A stretch of DNA of 64,000 bases, taken from the IMG/VR virus record IMGVR_UViG_3300021957_000025, positions 1,156-65,155 of that record; one strand, written 5' to 3'. The DNA comes from a virus (lineage: Duplodnaviria; Caudoviricetes). The notes under the pieces are model-generated. The model was not told where the DNA came from, searched no databases, and saw only the letters and a list, made by a program, of their open reading frames with translations. Position 1 is the stretch's first letter. Each line of letters opens with the position of its first letter. A program made the position numbers and the translations under genes. Shown piece by piece: positions 19,522-28,038 of the stretch.

Positions 19522-20419
19522 TTTGTTTATCCTCTATTTGATGTCCCTCGTTTCTTCCATGAGTTCCGTGTGGATGTCGATGACCATCTTTAATTACCCA
19601 AAAACTTCTATCGTGTCCTTGGTATATTAGTTCTAAGACAGCTAGTTCAATTGCAGAACGAGTTGCTTTCGTAACTCCTTCATTCGCTGCTATACCGTCT
19701 TCCATTTCCACCAACTTCGTATCCATATCCACGAAGCGGAATACATCATAACCACCGCCTGTACTTAAAATCGTCTTTGTAGTCTGTACATTTAGTAAAA
19801 TTTCACCAGTTAAAGTTGATATTCCTCTCAACGATACCGTGACAACATCTCTACGATAGGAAACACTTGAACCAATACCTAAGTATCTTGCGCCTCGCCC
19901 ACCACTTTCAATGTTTGTATCATAACCAATTATCCCACCGTCAAGTAGGATACCAGCAAACAAGAGAGGTTGAATGCCCGTTGGAGCATCCTCATTACCT
20001 TCCTGTCTTGCAAAGTCTTCTCTAGTAGAACGAATGATTTGTCTCTCTCTTACAAGTGCGTCTAAACTTGTACGTTCTACTACTCTAAACCATTTACCTT
20101 TTCCAGCAGTCTTAAGTGCATCAATTAAAAATGATTCTGCACCTTGTGTGACTGCAGTAGAGAATGATGCAATGTTATCCATTCTCTTCCTTTGTCCTGT
20201 CTTATCTAAGAACCCATACACTGCAACTACTGGCATATTGTCAGCAGGTGGTAAGTCTGCAAGTTCTTGGTACGTAGGTATATTTACTACTTCTGCCTGT
20301 TCGACACATTCACCTACTCGTTCCATAACCAATGATGTACAGGAATCCGTCATGCTTGGTATGGCAGCACACCCGCTGATGAGCAAGACTAACAGTCCTA
20401 CTATTCCTAAGTTTTTCAT
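19511..20419 (-). CDS. csgG: curli secretion channel lipoprotein CsgG
   Basis: LISGC lipobox, VAVYGFLDKTGQ, FSTAVTQGA, WFRVVER and GGIIGYDTN motifs. Confidence 0.93.
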   Translation of the reverse strand: MKNLGIVGLLVLLISGCAAIPSMTDSCTSLVMERVGECVEQAEVVNIPTYQELADLPPADNMPVVAVYGFLDKTGQRKRMDNIASFSTAVTQGAESFLIDALKTAGKGKWFRVVERTSLDALVRERQIIRSTREDFARQEGNEDAPTGIQPLLFAGILLDGGIIGYDTNIESGGRGARYLGIGSSVSYRRDVVTVSLRGISTLTGEILLNVQTTKTILSTGGGYDVFRFVDMDTKLVEMEDGIAANEGVTKATRSAIELAVLELIYQGHDRSFWVIKDGHRHPHGTHGRNEGHQIEDKQNEE

Positions 20420-20878
20420 TTAAAAACTACCAGTACCGATTGGTATATCTAAAGTTGTAGTTGTTCCATCACTTGCTACAATGGTTAGACGAATGAATTC
20501 CACACCGTCTTCTCCAACCATCTGTTCGTATGTAACTGTATTACCTTCTATAGTGAAGACACCGTATGTTACAGCTTCACCGTTAGAGAACATATTCTCT
20601 ACTAATTGTTTTGCAAGTTGAGCATAGATTCTGCTCTCTACGTTCCTTAAAAATTTGGCAAGTGTCGTGTTATTTGCTTCTCTATCTGCCTTTGCAATTG
20701 CATCTTCAACGTCTTGTGCTATCTTATCACGTCTTGATTTCTCTTGGTTCTCAATGGTAAGATAATGTGCTGATTGACCTACCCCATTAAAACTAGGACT
20801 CTTAAATCCAAATACAATTTCATCTGCATTTACAGACATACACATCATCATTAAAATTATACTACTTACTATTCTCAT
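20420..20878 (-). CDS. csgF: curli assembly protein CsgF
   Basis: Signal peptide then EIVFGFKSPSFNG; immediately upstream of csgG. Confidence 0.85.
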   Translation of the reverse strand: MRIVSSIILMMMCMSVNADEIVFGFKSPSFNGVGQSAHYLTIENQEKSRRDKIAQDVEDAIAKADREANNTTLAKFLRNVESRIYAQLAKQLVENMFSNGEAVTYGVFTIEGNTVTYEQMVGEDGVEFIRLTIVASDGTTTTLDIPIGTGSF

Positions 20879-21131
20879 TTTTAGCTGCCTCTTTCTTAGC
20901 GTTCTCTTTATATTCGAGAACTACGTCTACCTTTTGTTGGAGACGAATCAAATCTTGGTCTAACATTCTGACTTGGTCGATGACTTTTATTAGTGCAAAA
21001 TGTTGCTTCTCAATTTCGGGTTCTAGCTTCTCACCTACAAACCACCAAATGTAATAGATGAAATAACCCAACCCAACTGCCATAACGATTGGAAATCCGT
21101 AATCACTTATTACCGCTACAAGACTTTCCAT
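20862..21131 (-). CDS. single-TM coiled-coil protein (GFPI motif)
   Basis: MESLVAVISDYGFPIVMAVGLGYF; start coupled to the upstream stop. Confidence 0.7.
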   Translation of the reverse strand: MESLVAVISDYGFPIVMAVGLGYFIYYIWWFVGEKLEPEIEKQHFALIKVIDQVRMLDQDLIRLQQKVDVVLEYKENAKKEAAKNENSK

Positions 21132-21238
21132 TAGATGAACAATAACCCTAACAGAAATCCTATGTTGAGACCCAGTGAACACATGAGAACAAAGTCCCTA
21201 GTAAATGTGTATTCAACCATTACTATTTCATTTCTCAT
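21131..21238 (-). CDS. 35-aa hydrophobic micropeptide
   Basis: Hand-translated MRNEIVMVEYTFTRDFVLMCSLGLNIGFLLGLLFI; TAATG overlaps at both ends. Confidence 0.55.
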   Translation of the reverse strand: MRNEIVMVEYTFTRDFVLMCSLGLNIGFLLGLLFI

Positions 21239-21534
21239 TAGTCACGTCTCACATCTAGTTTTCCATCTTCTATAAAATTTTCTGCACGTGCTACACGTTC
21301 TATATCGGGACGGAGTTCCAATGCAGCGGAAACTAGCATGTCAATCTTAATCATTTCATTTGACATGGTTCTTGCACGGTTCTCTAGTGAGTTGCAAAAC
21401 ATTGTTAACGTTTTAATGTCGTCAACTACGCCTTCTAGAATTTGTTTGATGACTATGAAGATAAAAAATCCCATCACAAGGCTCCCTGCAATCGGGGCTC
21501 CCACTTCACCTATCAAAACAAATATATCATTCAT
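21238..21534 (-). CDS. single-TM coiled-coil protein (GAPI motif), first gene of the curli operon
   Basis: MNDIFVLIGEVGAPIAGSLVMGFFIF; resembles 20862..21131; ATG is 5 nt after TAAATA. Confidence 0.7.
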   Translation of the reverse strand: MNDIFVLIGEVGAPIAGSLVMGFFIFIVIKQILEGVVDDIKTLTMFCNSLENRARTMSNEMIKIDMLVSAALELRPDIERVARAENFIEDGKLDVRRD

Positions 21535-21568
21535 GCAATTATTTATTCTTTTCACTTTCTTATACGCC

Positions 21569-21595
21569 AAAAAAAGGGACTCTTTTGAGTCCCTT
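21569..21595 (-). terminator. rho-independent terminator upstream of the curli operon
   Basis: AAGGGACUC-AAAA-GAGUCCCUU followed by a U run. Confidence 0.85.
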
Positions 21596-21614
21596 CTCAA
21601 GACATCGTAAAGAG

Positions 21615-21863
21615 TTATTTCAATTGTTCACGAATTTCGCTGATGACTGCAGCCTTTGCGCCAGATTTCTTAACCTTAAGGTTCTTCTTCTCTGCAAGTT
21701 CTACCAATTGATTCTTAGTTAATTTTTTTAACTCTGAAACCGTTGGTGCCTTTGGCTTGGATGGTGTAGTCTTCTTAGATACTGAAGATTTTTTCTTCTT
21801 ATCTTTGACAACGAAAAACACGAATGCAACAGCCAGTATTGCTACTATTACTATTCCGTCCAT
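21615..21863 (-). CDS. membrane-anchored basic protein with a SAP/Rho-N-like C-terminal motif
   Basis: N-terminal TM, Lys-rich linker, LKKLTKNQLVELAEKKNL...KAAVISEI. Confidence 0.65.
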   Translation of the reverse strand: MDGIVIVAILAVAFVFFVVKDKKKKSSVSKKTTPSKPKAPTVSELKKLTKNQLVELAEKKNLKVKKSGAKAAVISEIREQLK

Positions 21864-21881
21864 AATGTTCTCCTAATTAAA

Positions 21882-22076
21882 TTACTTATCAAGTAATGGG
21901 TTCTTGTCCTTTGCTTTACCTATTGCTAGAGCAAAGACTTCTATGTATTTATAGCACTTTGCCCAAAGAGCATCGTCTTTTGGTGTGTCCGTCATCATTA
22001 CAATGACTGAACATATAGAAATAATCGCTGGTATTGCTGACATGAATGCCCAAATACTACTTATAAAATCCCACAT
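21882..22076 (-). CDS. small membrane protein (holin-like)
   Basis: Hydrophobic N-terminal half, then TDTPKDD...LAIGKAK. Confidence 0.6.
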   Translation of the reverse strand: MWDFISSIWAFMSAIPAIISICSVIVMMTDTPKDDALWAKCYKYIEVFALAIGKAKDKNPLLDK

Positions 22077-22112
22077 ATGTTTTCTCCGTTAGTTGTTAAC
22101 AGAGGTATTTAT

Positions 22113-22523
22113 CTATTTAGACCCACCAATAGAGTATTTTGTGGTCAATTTCCAGTTGGTTTTCTCTTTGTATGGAATGATTTTGATTTGGGATAGGGGT
22201 GCAGTAGGTTCTACTATCTTAGAAGGGTCAACCAAAGTAATGAGTTTCCATTGTTCTAGAAGCTTACAGATAGTATTTCTTCTACCAATATCAGACTCAT
22301 CTATGTTTGTAGGTTTACCATCGAGTTTGAACAACTCTTTGAAGTGAGTGATGTAGTAATGACCACGCTTATGTAGGATATGACATGATTGGAATAGTTC
22401 CTGTTCTCTTCTAGACGCAACACCTATGCGTGATAGTGTTTCCCTTATCTTTAGGAAATCATCTTTTTCGGGGAAGGTTACTTCGACTAATTCTGAAACT
22501 ATTTTTTCTTGTGCATCATCCAT
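22113..22523 (-). CDS. regA: translational repressor RegA
   Basis: DDFLKIRETLSRIGVAS and QSCHILHKRGHYYITHFKELF motifs. Confidence 0.96.
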   Translation of the reverse strand: MDDAQEKIVSELVEVTFPEKDDFLKIRETLSRIGVASRREQELFQSCHILHKRGHYYITHFKELFKLDGKPTNIDESDIGRRNTICKLLEQWKLITLVDPSKIVEPTAPLSQIKIIPYKEKTNWKLTTKYSIGGSK

Positions 22524-22908
22524 TGTTATTACCACCAGTATTCATTCTGTTTTTCAACTCACGTAATTCTTTATCAGATAGAAGCGTATAAAGTTCTTTA
22601 GCTTCTCGGGTTGACATCTGATAATATTCTTTTACGACATCGAGTTTTTTACTAACATATGGTTTAGACCACTTAGAAAATCTTTGTCGTTTTCGTAAAG
22701 TATTTAGGAAAAACACATATTGAAGACGGTTGTCTACACCGTGACGACAATTCATTTCGTTAGTAAAGAAAACAGAATCTTGGTGGTAAGACAAAGATTT
22801 GTTTATTAGGAATGGTTGATATGCTTTCTCTTCGATATCATCAACCATGATATCAGTTTTATCGGAAGAGACCGACTTGACAAAATCGAATGGATTCCGT
22901 TTTTGCAT
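22516..22908 (-). CDS. gp62: clamp loader small subunit
   Basis: YQPFLINKSLS and RKRQRFSKW motifs; synteny with gp44 and regA. Confidence 0.92.
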   Translation of the reverse strand: MQKRNPFDFVKSVSSDKTDIMVDDIEEKAYQPFLINKSLSYHQDSVFFTNEMNCRHGVDNRLQYVFFLNTLRKRQRFSKWSKPYVSKKLDVVKEYYQMSTREAKELYTLLSDKELRELKNRMNTGGNNNG

Positions 22909-22909
22909 C

Positions 22910-23170
22910 TTAAGTATTTCTTATGTAAGAATCGAGTAGTTCTTGACCACTAAGAGCTTCACCGAAGTAAATAATCTCACCGCTTGACTTTATTGTTCTT
23001 TGTACGACACCGTTGTTGTATTCAACGTCCAGTACTGAACCATCATTACGTCTAGTGTCGTACCACATTGAAGTGAATGAATGTGCATGGATGGATTTAA
23101 CACCACTAGCCCATTCTTCAGCTTCTAGTAATAGTCTTTGTCGTTCTACTCTCTCGTTATGTTCTGTCAT
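22910..23170 (-). CDS. hypothetical protein
   Basis: Coupled ORF between gp44 and gp62. Confidence 0.65.
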   Translation of the reverse strand: MTEHNERVERQRLLLEAEEWASGVKSIHAHSFTSMWYDTRRNDGSVLDVEYNNGVVQRTIKSSGEIIYFGEALSGQELLDSYIRNT

Positions 23171-24105
23171 TTGAACTTACATTCTCCCATGATTTCAGTT
23201 AGACAAGCAACAAAGTTTATCTCTGAATCCATTGCAAATGCAGACTTGTATTGATAGTCTGCAATAATTAACACACACGCTGGAATTGATTGGGGCTCCA
23301 ATTGTAATTCTAACGCATTGAAAACTTTTCTGAATAATGTATTAAAGTCATTATCTGAATTAGTACCAACCCATTTTCTCATGGCTGACCAATTCTTTTC
23401 TTTGATGTTATTAATCAAGGGGGTTAACTTCTCTTCGGAGAGAGTTGAAATTAACCCACTATCAATAACACCACTTGCACCGTATCGTTGAATCTCATTG
23501 AGGACTCTTCGAAAATCGGGGAAGAATTTCATGATGAGTTCTGCAAGAACTCTTTCATCGGCCTCAATGTTTTCTTGTACACATATTCGTATACATCTAT
23601 CCAACATCTGTTGTGCAAGTTGTGGTTTTAGTTTTGGTGTGATACCAAAATCAATAACTGTAGTTCTAGAATGTAATGGTGGAATAATCCTATTCTTGTA
23701 ATTACATGTAAAGATAAATCTACAGTTGGATGAGAACTCTTCTATAAAGTTTCTCAAAGCTGGTTGAACTGAGTCTGCAGAAATGTAATCTGCTTCGTCA
23801 AGGATTACGACCTTTGCACCACCCGATAATGAAACCGAAGATGCAAAGTTCTTAATCTTTGTTCTGAGTGTGTCAATCAAACGTCCTTCATCAGAACCGT
23901 TGATTACTATAAAGTCTGCATCGAGTTCGTTACACAATGCTTTTGCAACTGTCGTTTTACCGACACCTGCTGACCCACACAATAATAGATTAGGTACTTC
24001 TCCATTCTTGACAAATTCCTTAAAGGTATCTTTAAGTTCCTTTGGCAGTATCGTCTCTTCAATTGTTTGCGGACGATACTTTTCTACATAGAGAAACTCA
24101 TTCAT
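23167..24105 (-). CDS. gp44: clamp loader large subunit
   Basis: VEKYRP, GSAGVGKTT and ILDEAD motifs; start MNEFL. Confidence 0.95.
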   Translation of the reverse strand: MNEFLYVEKYRPQTIEETILPKELKDTFKEFVKNGEVPNLLLCGSAGVGKTTVAKALCNELDADFIVINGSDEGRLIDTLRTKIKNFASSVSLSGGAKVVILDEADYISADSVQPALRNFIEEFSSNCRFIFTCNYKNRIIPPLHSRTTVIDFGITPKLKPQLAQQMLDRCIRICVQENIEADERVLAELIMKFFPDFRRVLNEIQRYGASGVIDSGLISTLSEEKLTPLINNIKEKNWSAMRKWVGTNSDNDFNTLFRKVFNALELQLEPQSIPACVLIIADYQYKSAFAMDSEINFVACLTEIMGECKFK

Positions 24106-24212
24106 AAGAACAAACCCCCCACCGAGTTTGCAGTGCAGTCCACCCAATGATGAGTGGGGACTACTCCCGCGTATATTGCAGAGACTGGCACAATATTCAC
24201 ACTACTATTATA
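24106..24212 (-). ncRNA. candidate structured cis-regulatory 5' UTR of gp44, with an upstream TATAAT
   Basis: GC-rich intergenic stretch folding into three consecutive hairpins. Confidence 0.45.
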
Positions 24213-24216
24213 TAGG

Positions 24217-24888
24217 TTATACATTGTATTTGCTATCTGGCTCCAGTGCAATAAAATACTCTAAGTCTACATCTGCATTATTGAAATGAGATATACCTTT
24301 TGATGATACTTGAACATCATAGTTACCATCTAGAATTTTAAGATTCTCCATCTTGAAATTCATTTCATAAGATGTCCCATCACTTTCTGCTTCTACAATT
24401 CTTGAGAATGTATTAGAAGTAGGACTCTTCTTATCTGTAACAACTAATGTTACTGTAGTACCATCTGATTTGAGAATCAAATCATTAACACCTAGAACAG
24501 CTGCAGCTTTCTTAAGGTCGGTCAATAGTGTTGACGTTACTTTGAAAGTAATCTCTGCCTCTGGCATGGTTATCATCTTCTCGGGTGCAGTTACCATACC
24601 TTCCGCTGCATAGAAATATGCAAGAGAGGAATTGTTATCTGCCACAGACAATGAGGAATCATTGAATTGGAAGTCGGGGTCGTCCATTAAAGACGTTGCA
24701 CCTAAGAATTCTGGCAGGTTGTAGATACTGAAGTCTTGAGGAAAGTCCTCAGCCACAGTTGCTACTGCAAGAATGTTTTTCATATTGGAAATAGTTTCCA
24801 GTTTGTTGCCTGTTTTGACTCGAATGCCCGAGTTGATTGTTGAGAAGTTCTTTAGAACATCCTTCGTATCATTACTAATTTTCATCAC
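24217..24888 (-). CDS. gp45: sliding clamp
   Basis: LKNFSTINSGI, FSIYNLPEFL and YFIALEPDS motifs. Confidence 0.95.
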   Translation of the reverse strand: MMKISNDTKDVLKNFSTINSGIRVKTGNKLETISNMKNILAVATVAEDFPQDFSIYNLPEFLGATSLMDDPDFQFNDSSLSVADNNSSLAYFYAAEGMVTAPEKMITMPEAEITFKVTSTLLTDLKKAAAVLGVNDLILKSDGTTVTLVVTDKKSPTSNTFSRIVEAESDGTSYEMNFKMENLKILDGNYDVQVSSKGISHFNNADVDLEYFIALEPDSKYNV

Positions 24889-25172
24889 TAGTTAGTCTCC
24901 TTATAGGTATCGTGGTTGTACAATGCAAGGAATCCATAGTGGATAACCTTGAGAAGGTCAGCACGATTATATCCGCCCTTCTTGCCGTATCGTTGTGCAT
25001 ATTTCATCACGTTACCGATACAAAATCCTTCACCGTGTCCACCGTCCATGATAAACTCAGTTGCCTGAAACTTATCTTTGGAGTAGTGTTCACCGTATGT
25101 CTTGTCTACGTAGAGTTTGAACTCTTTGAGCAGCCTCTCTTCGTTGTATTTGTAATCTATTTGTCTTGGCAT
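24888..25172 (-). CDS. DUF3310-like protein
   Basis: HY...GFCIGNVMKYAQRYGKK...DLLKVIHY. Confidence 0.85.
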   Translation of the reverse strand: MPRQIDYKYNEERLLKEFKLYVDKTYGEHYSKDKFQATEFIMDGGHGEGFCIGNVMKYAQRYGKKGGYNRADLLKVIHYGFLALYNHDTYKETN

Positions 25173-25178
25173 GGTTCT

Positions 25179-25207
25179 ATTATACTACCCTTGTTCTGAT
25201 TGTGCAA
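25179..25207 (-). promoter_or_regulatory. sigma70 promoter TTGCAC-N17-TATAAT, 6 nt before the ATG
   Basis: Read directly; embedded in the upstream gene's 3' end. Confidence 0.7.
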
Positions 25208-26477
25208 TAGTGTTTTCTAACAAAGTTTTCTTTTGTATAGGGTTTATTTCTCTATACATTATATTGTATCCACTTCCACCTTGAGCTTGTATAAGCAAAT
25301 TCATATTATCTAATTTTTTCTCAAACTCAATTTTATTTTTTGCAAAATTGTTCCAGTATTCGATTCCAGTGTGATAATATAATACCACTAAATCTTTCTT
25401 AGACCTTACGGCTTTAGAAGATAAGGACTTAGACCATTCATTAAAGAATCCTCTTAACATTCCACTAGAAGTTATAATGCAATGTGTAGTTTTGTCCTTG
25501 TATTCATTGTTTGCTTCTTCTTGAGCAGCTGCTTTTGTGGTTTTAACAAATTTCTCATTTGGTGCAAGGCCACTTGGTTTTAAAAGCTGTTTCTTTATTT
25601 TAGCCTTCAATGATTTTAAGTCGTTAGAAGAAAAACCATGTCTTTTTAATTTGACAGTCACAACTGGGTCGTCATGCTTCTTATTATTATCTTTACAATA
25701 TTGAACGATAGTGTTGACGATAGTTGTAGTGTCTTGAGCTTTAGGTTTAAAGTCATGTTCTGCATTATCTAACTGACCAATCTCTTGGAGTTCAGTCTCA
25801 ATAAGTTTTGACCACATTGATTCGGGTATAAAAATAACTGGTAAAGTTATATCAGAGTCTTCACCAAAATATTTCTTACCAGCTGCACATGTATGGTTTT
25901 TACTAAGTCTTGTGTGTTTACCCTTTCCTTTAAAGTTCTCTAGAACAATCAAGTGTTTCTCAGATAGTTCTCCAGTCCAAAAGGAAGGGTCGTCCATTAA
26001 TTTGTCATATATTTTTTTGACATGTGAAGGGTCAACTCCATCTTCTTCTCTAACTTGATATGTATCCCACCCAAGTATTTCTTTTAAAGCGTAATCACCA
26101 GTTTCATAAAATTTACTTTCAAGTGCTTCTAGACATTGAATAAAGAATTTTGATTCTGCTTTGAATGCACCCGAGTTAGATTCATTGTAGTATTCTTTAC
26201 TTAGTTTTGCATCGTTATCATGTAGATAATCTTGTTCAAACTTCCTACACTCTGCTTCAGTTCCAGTAAATAAAACTTGATACTCTGAATCATATGTAGC
26301 CAAATCTTTCTTATAAGCTGAACTGTGAGTCACCACCGTTCCTTGATAAGTTCCATCGGGGTAACCAATTTTACTTCCCATGTATTTGTTCCTACCCCTC
26401 TTCTGAACTACTACAAGATAGCAGTGATAGAGGCAATCTGCCTCTAACACACTATTACATTTCCAATTAATCATCAT
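25185..26477 (-). CDS. hypothetical protein with an N-terminal GIY-YIG/Seg-like domain
   Basis: CYLV...KYMGSKIG...TYQGT...FEQDYL...YYNESN pattern; start uncertain. Confidence 0.55.
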   Translation of the reverse strand: MMINWKCNSVLEADCLYHCYLVVVQKRGRNKYMGSKIGYPDGTYQGTVVTHSSAYKKDLATYDSEYQVLFTGTEAECRKFEQDYLHDNDAKLSKEYYNESNSGAFKAESKFFIQCLEALESKFYETGDYALKEILGWDTYQVREEDGVDPSHVKKIYDKLMDDPSFWTGELSEKHLIVLENFKGKGKHTRLSKNHTCAAGKKYFGEDSDITLPVIFIPESMWSKLIETELQEIGQLDNAEHDFKPKAQDTTTIVNTIVQYCKDNNKKHDDPVVTVKLKRHGFSSNDLKSLKAKIKKQLLKPSGLAPNEKFVKTTKAAAQEEANNEYKDKTTHCIITSSGMLRGFFNEWSKSLSSKAVRSKKDLVVLYYHTGIEYWNNFAKNKIEFEKKLDNMNLLIQAQGGSGYNIMYREINPIQKKTLLENTIAQSEQG

Positions 26478-27726
26478 TGCTGTCACCTTCTGTAGTTTCC
26501 TCAGCATTCAAGTCTACCCCAGCATCAATCTTGGAGTAGAGGTCGAGGATACTATTTCTAGTTTCTTCATCGAACCTTGAGATACACATTGTGATTGACT
26601 TCAACTTGTCATTGAACATTCTGAATGCATTGACAATGTGAACCAACCTTCTAGTCGTGACAACATCATCGATACCACCTTCGTAGTATGTCTTTCTGAT
26701 TATGTCAGCCCAGTCGACAAGCTTCTCAACGAAGTCTTCATCAACGGCACCAGTCAATTCCATTTCTTTTGCAAGGATTGACTTCTCAGTTTTCACTGGT
26801 GGATATTCTTGTTGCATCGTGATTGCAAATCTTTCCAACATTGCTTCATTCATGATTTGAGTCCCGATGAATTTACCATCGTCTGACCCTTGACCTTTCG
26901 TGTTTGCAGTTGCAAGGATTGTGAAACCTTCTTTAGGTGAAACCCACTCACCAGTTTTCTTGATTAGGTATCCTTTACCTTCAAGAACTGATTGTAGACA
27001 CATCAACTTGTTTGAACCCAAGTCAACTTCGTCAAGAAGTAACACGGCACCTTTTCTCATTGCTTTGATAACTGGGCCTTCTCTGAAGACAACGTTACCA
27101 TTAACAAGAGTGTGACCACCCATCAAATCATCTTCATCGGTTTCGATGGTGATGTTGACTCTGTAAAGTTCTCTCTTCAATTGAGCACAAGTTTGTTCAA
27201 TCATAAGAGTTTTACCATTACCACTCAGACCAGTAACGAATACTGGAAAGAAGATTTTGGATTTAATAATATTTTTGACATCTTTGAAATGTCCAAAAGG
27301 AACATAGTTAGACATCTTCTCGGGAATGATTTTAATTCCATCATCGAGTAGATTAACTGACTCTGTTTGTGCAGCCACTGGCATATTACTTGGGGAAGCA
27401 ATTGACACCACTGGTGCTGGAGCAACAACACTAGTTGCACTCTCTGAATATCCACCGTTGTAACCACCGATTACAGCTTGAAGATTGTACAACAAAGGCC
27501 CAGTCTCTTGAGCTTCTTTGAAGTTATACTTCGAGGATTTTATCCATGAAGGGAAATATCCATCAAAGGCATCTTTGATTTCTTTCCTTCCAAAGGATTC
27601 TTGGTTAGGGAATTTGTTGACCAGTTCTCCCAAGAACTCCACCCTATCGGGTGTGTAAGAAAATTTCTTACCGTTTACGTCAATTGAATTTATCATAGTC
27701 TCTCCGTTTTTCAATTCTTTTCTCAT
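26467..27726 (-). CDS. MoxR-type AAA+ ATPase (phage 'CobS')
   Basis: TGLSGNGKT, LLLDEVDL, ATANTKGQG and NEAMLERF motifs; the start may be MINSI. Confidence 0.92.
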   Translation of the reverse strand: MRKELKNGETMINSIDVNGKKFSYTPDRVEFLGELVNKFPNQESFGRKEIKDAFDGYFPSWIKSSKYNFKEAQETGPLLYNLQAVIGGYNGGYSESATSVVAPAPVVSIASPSNMPVAAQTESVNLLDDGIKIIPEKMSNYVPFGHFKDVKNIIKSKIFFPVFVTGLSGNGKTLMIEQTCAQLKRELYRVNITIETDEDDLMGGHTLVNGNVVFREGPVIKAMRKGAVLLLDEVDLGSNKLMCLQSVLEGKGYLIKKTGEWVSPKEGFTILATANTKGQGSDDGKFIGTQIMNEAMLERFAITMQQEYPPVKTEKSILAKEMELTGAVDEDFVEKLVDWADIIRKTYYEGGIDDVVTTRRLVHIVNAFRMFNDKLKSITMCISRFDEETRNSILDLYSKIDAGVDLNAEETTEGDSNDD

Positions 27727-27733
27727 CTTTTAT

Positions 27734-27766
27734 AGTATATCAAAAAGCCGATGGCACTGTCAAGGC
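27734..27766 (-). promoter_or_regulatory. early promoter copy 1: GCCTTGACAGTGCC...TGATATACT
   Basis: One of three near-identical promoters. Confidence 0.8.
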
Positions 27767-28038
27767 TATTTCAGCGACTCGAATCTAGTTCCCATCTTCT
27801 CCACACATTTAATAATACCCTTCTTATTCTTCTCAGTAAGATACTTCTCACCTTTATTGACCCAAATTCTGAATGCAAAACACTCCTTCTCTTCAGTCTT
27901 GCACTCATTAATCTTTGGACACTCATGGAAGGTGCATGGGGCAGGCCCAACATCCATCACTGCATCAGCAAACTTTGAATAGTCTGTATTGTGATTAATG
28001 TAATATGCATCGTCTACTCTAAGTGGTTCTCTATTCAT
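27766..28038 (-). CDS. Cys-rich hypothetical protein
   Basis: PCTFHECPKINEC...CFAFRIWV; coupled to the upstream gene. Confidence 0.7.
   Translation of the reverse strand: MNREPLRVDDAYYINHNTDYSKFADAVMDVGPAPCTFHECPKINECKTEEKECFAFRIWVNKGEKYLTEKNKKGIIKCVEKMGTRFESLK

Noticed and set aside
24106-24200. tRNA in the gp45-gp44 spacer
   Set aside because: No acceptor stem, TTCGA T-loop or anticodon arm. No tRNA was recognised anywhere in the window.
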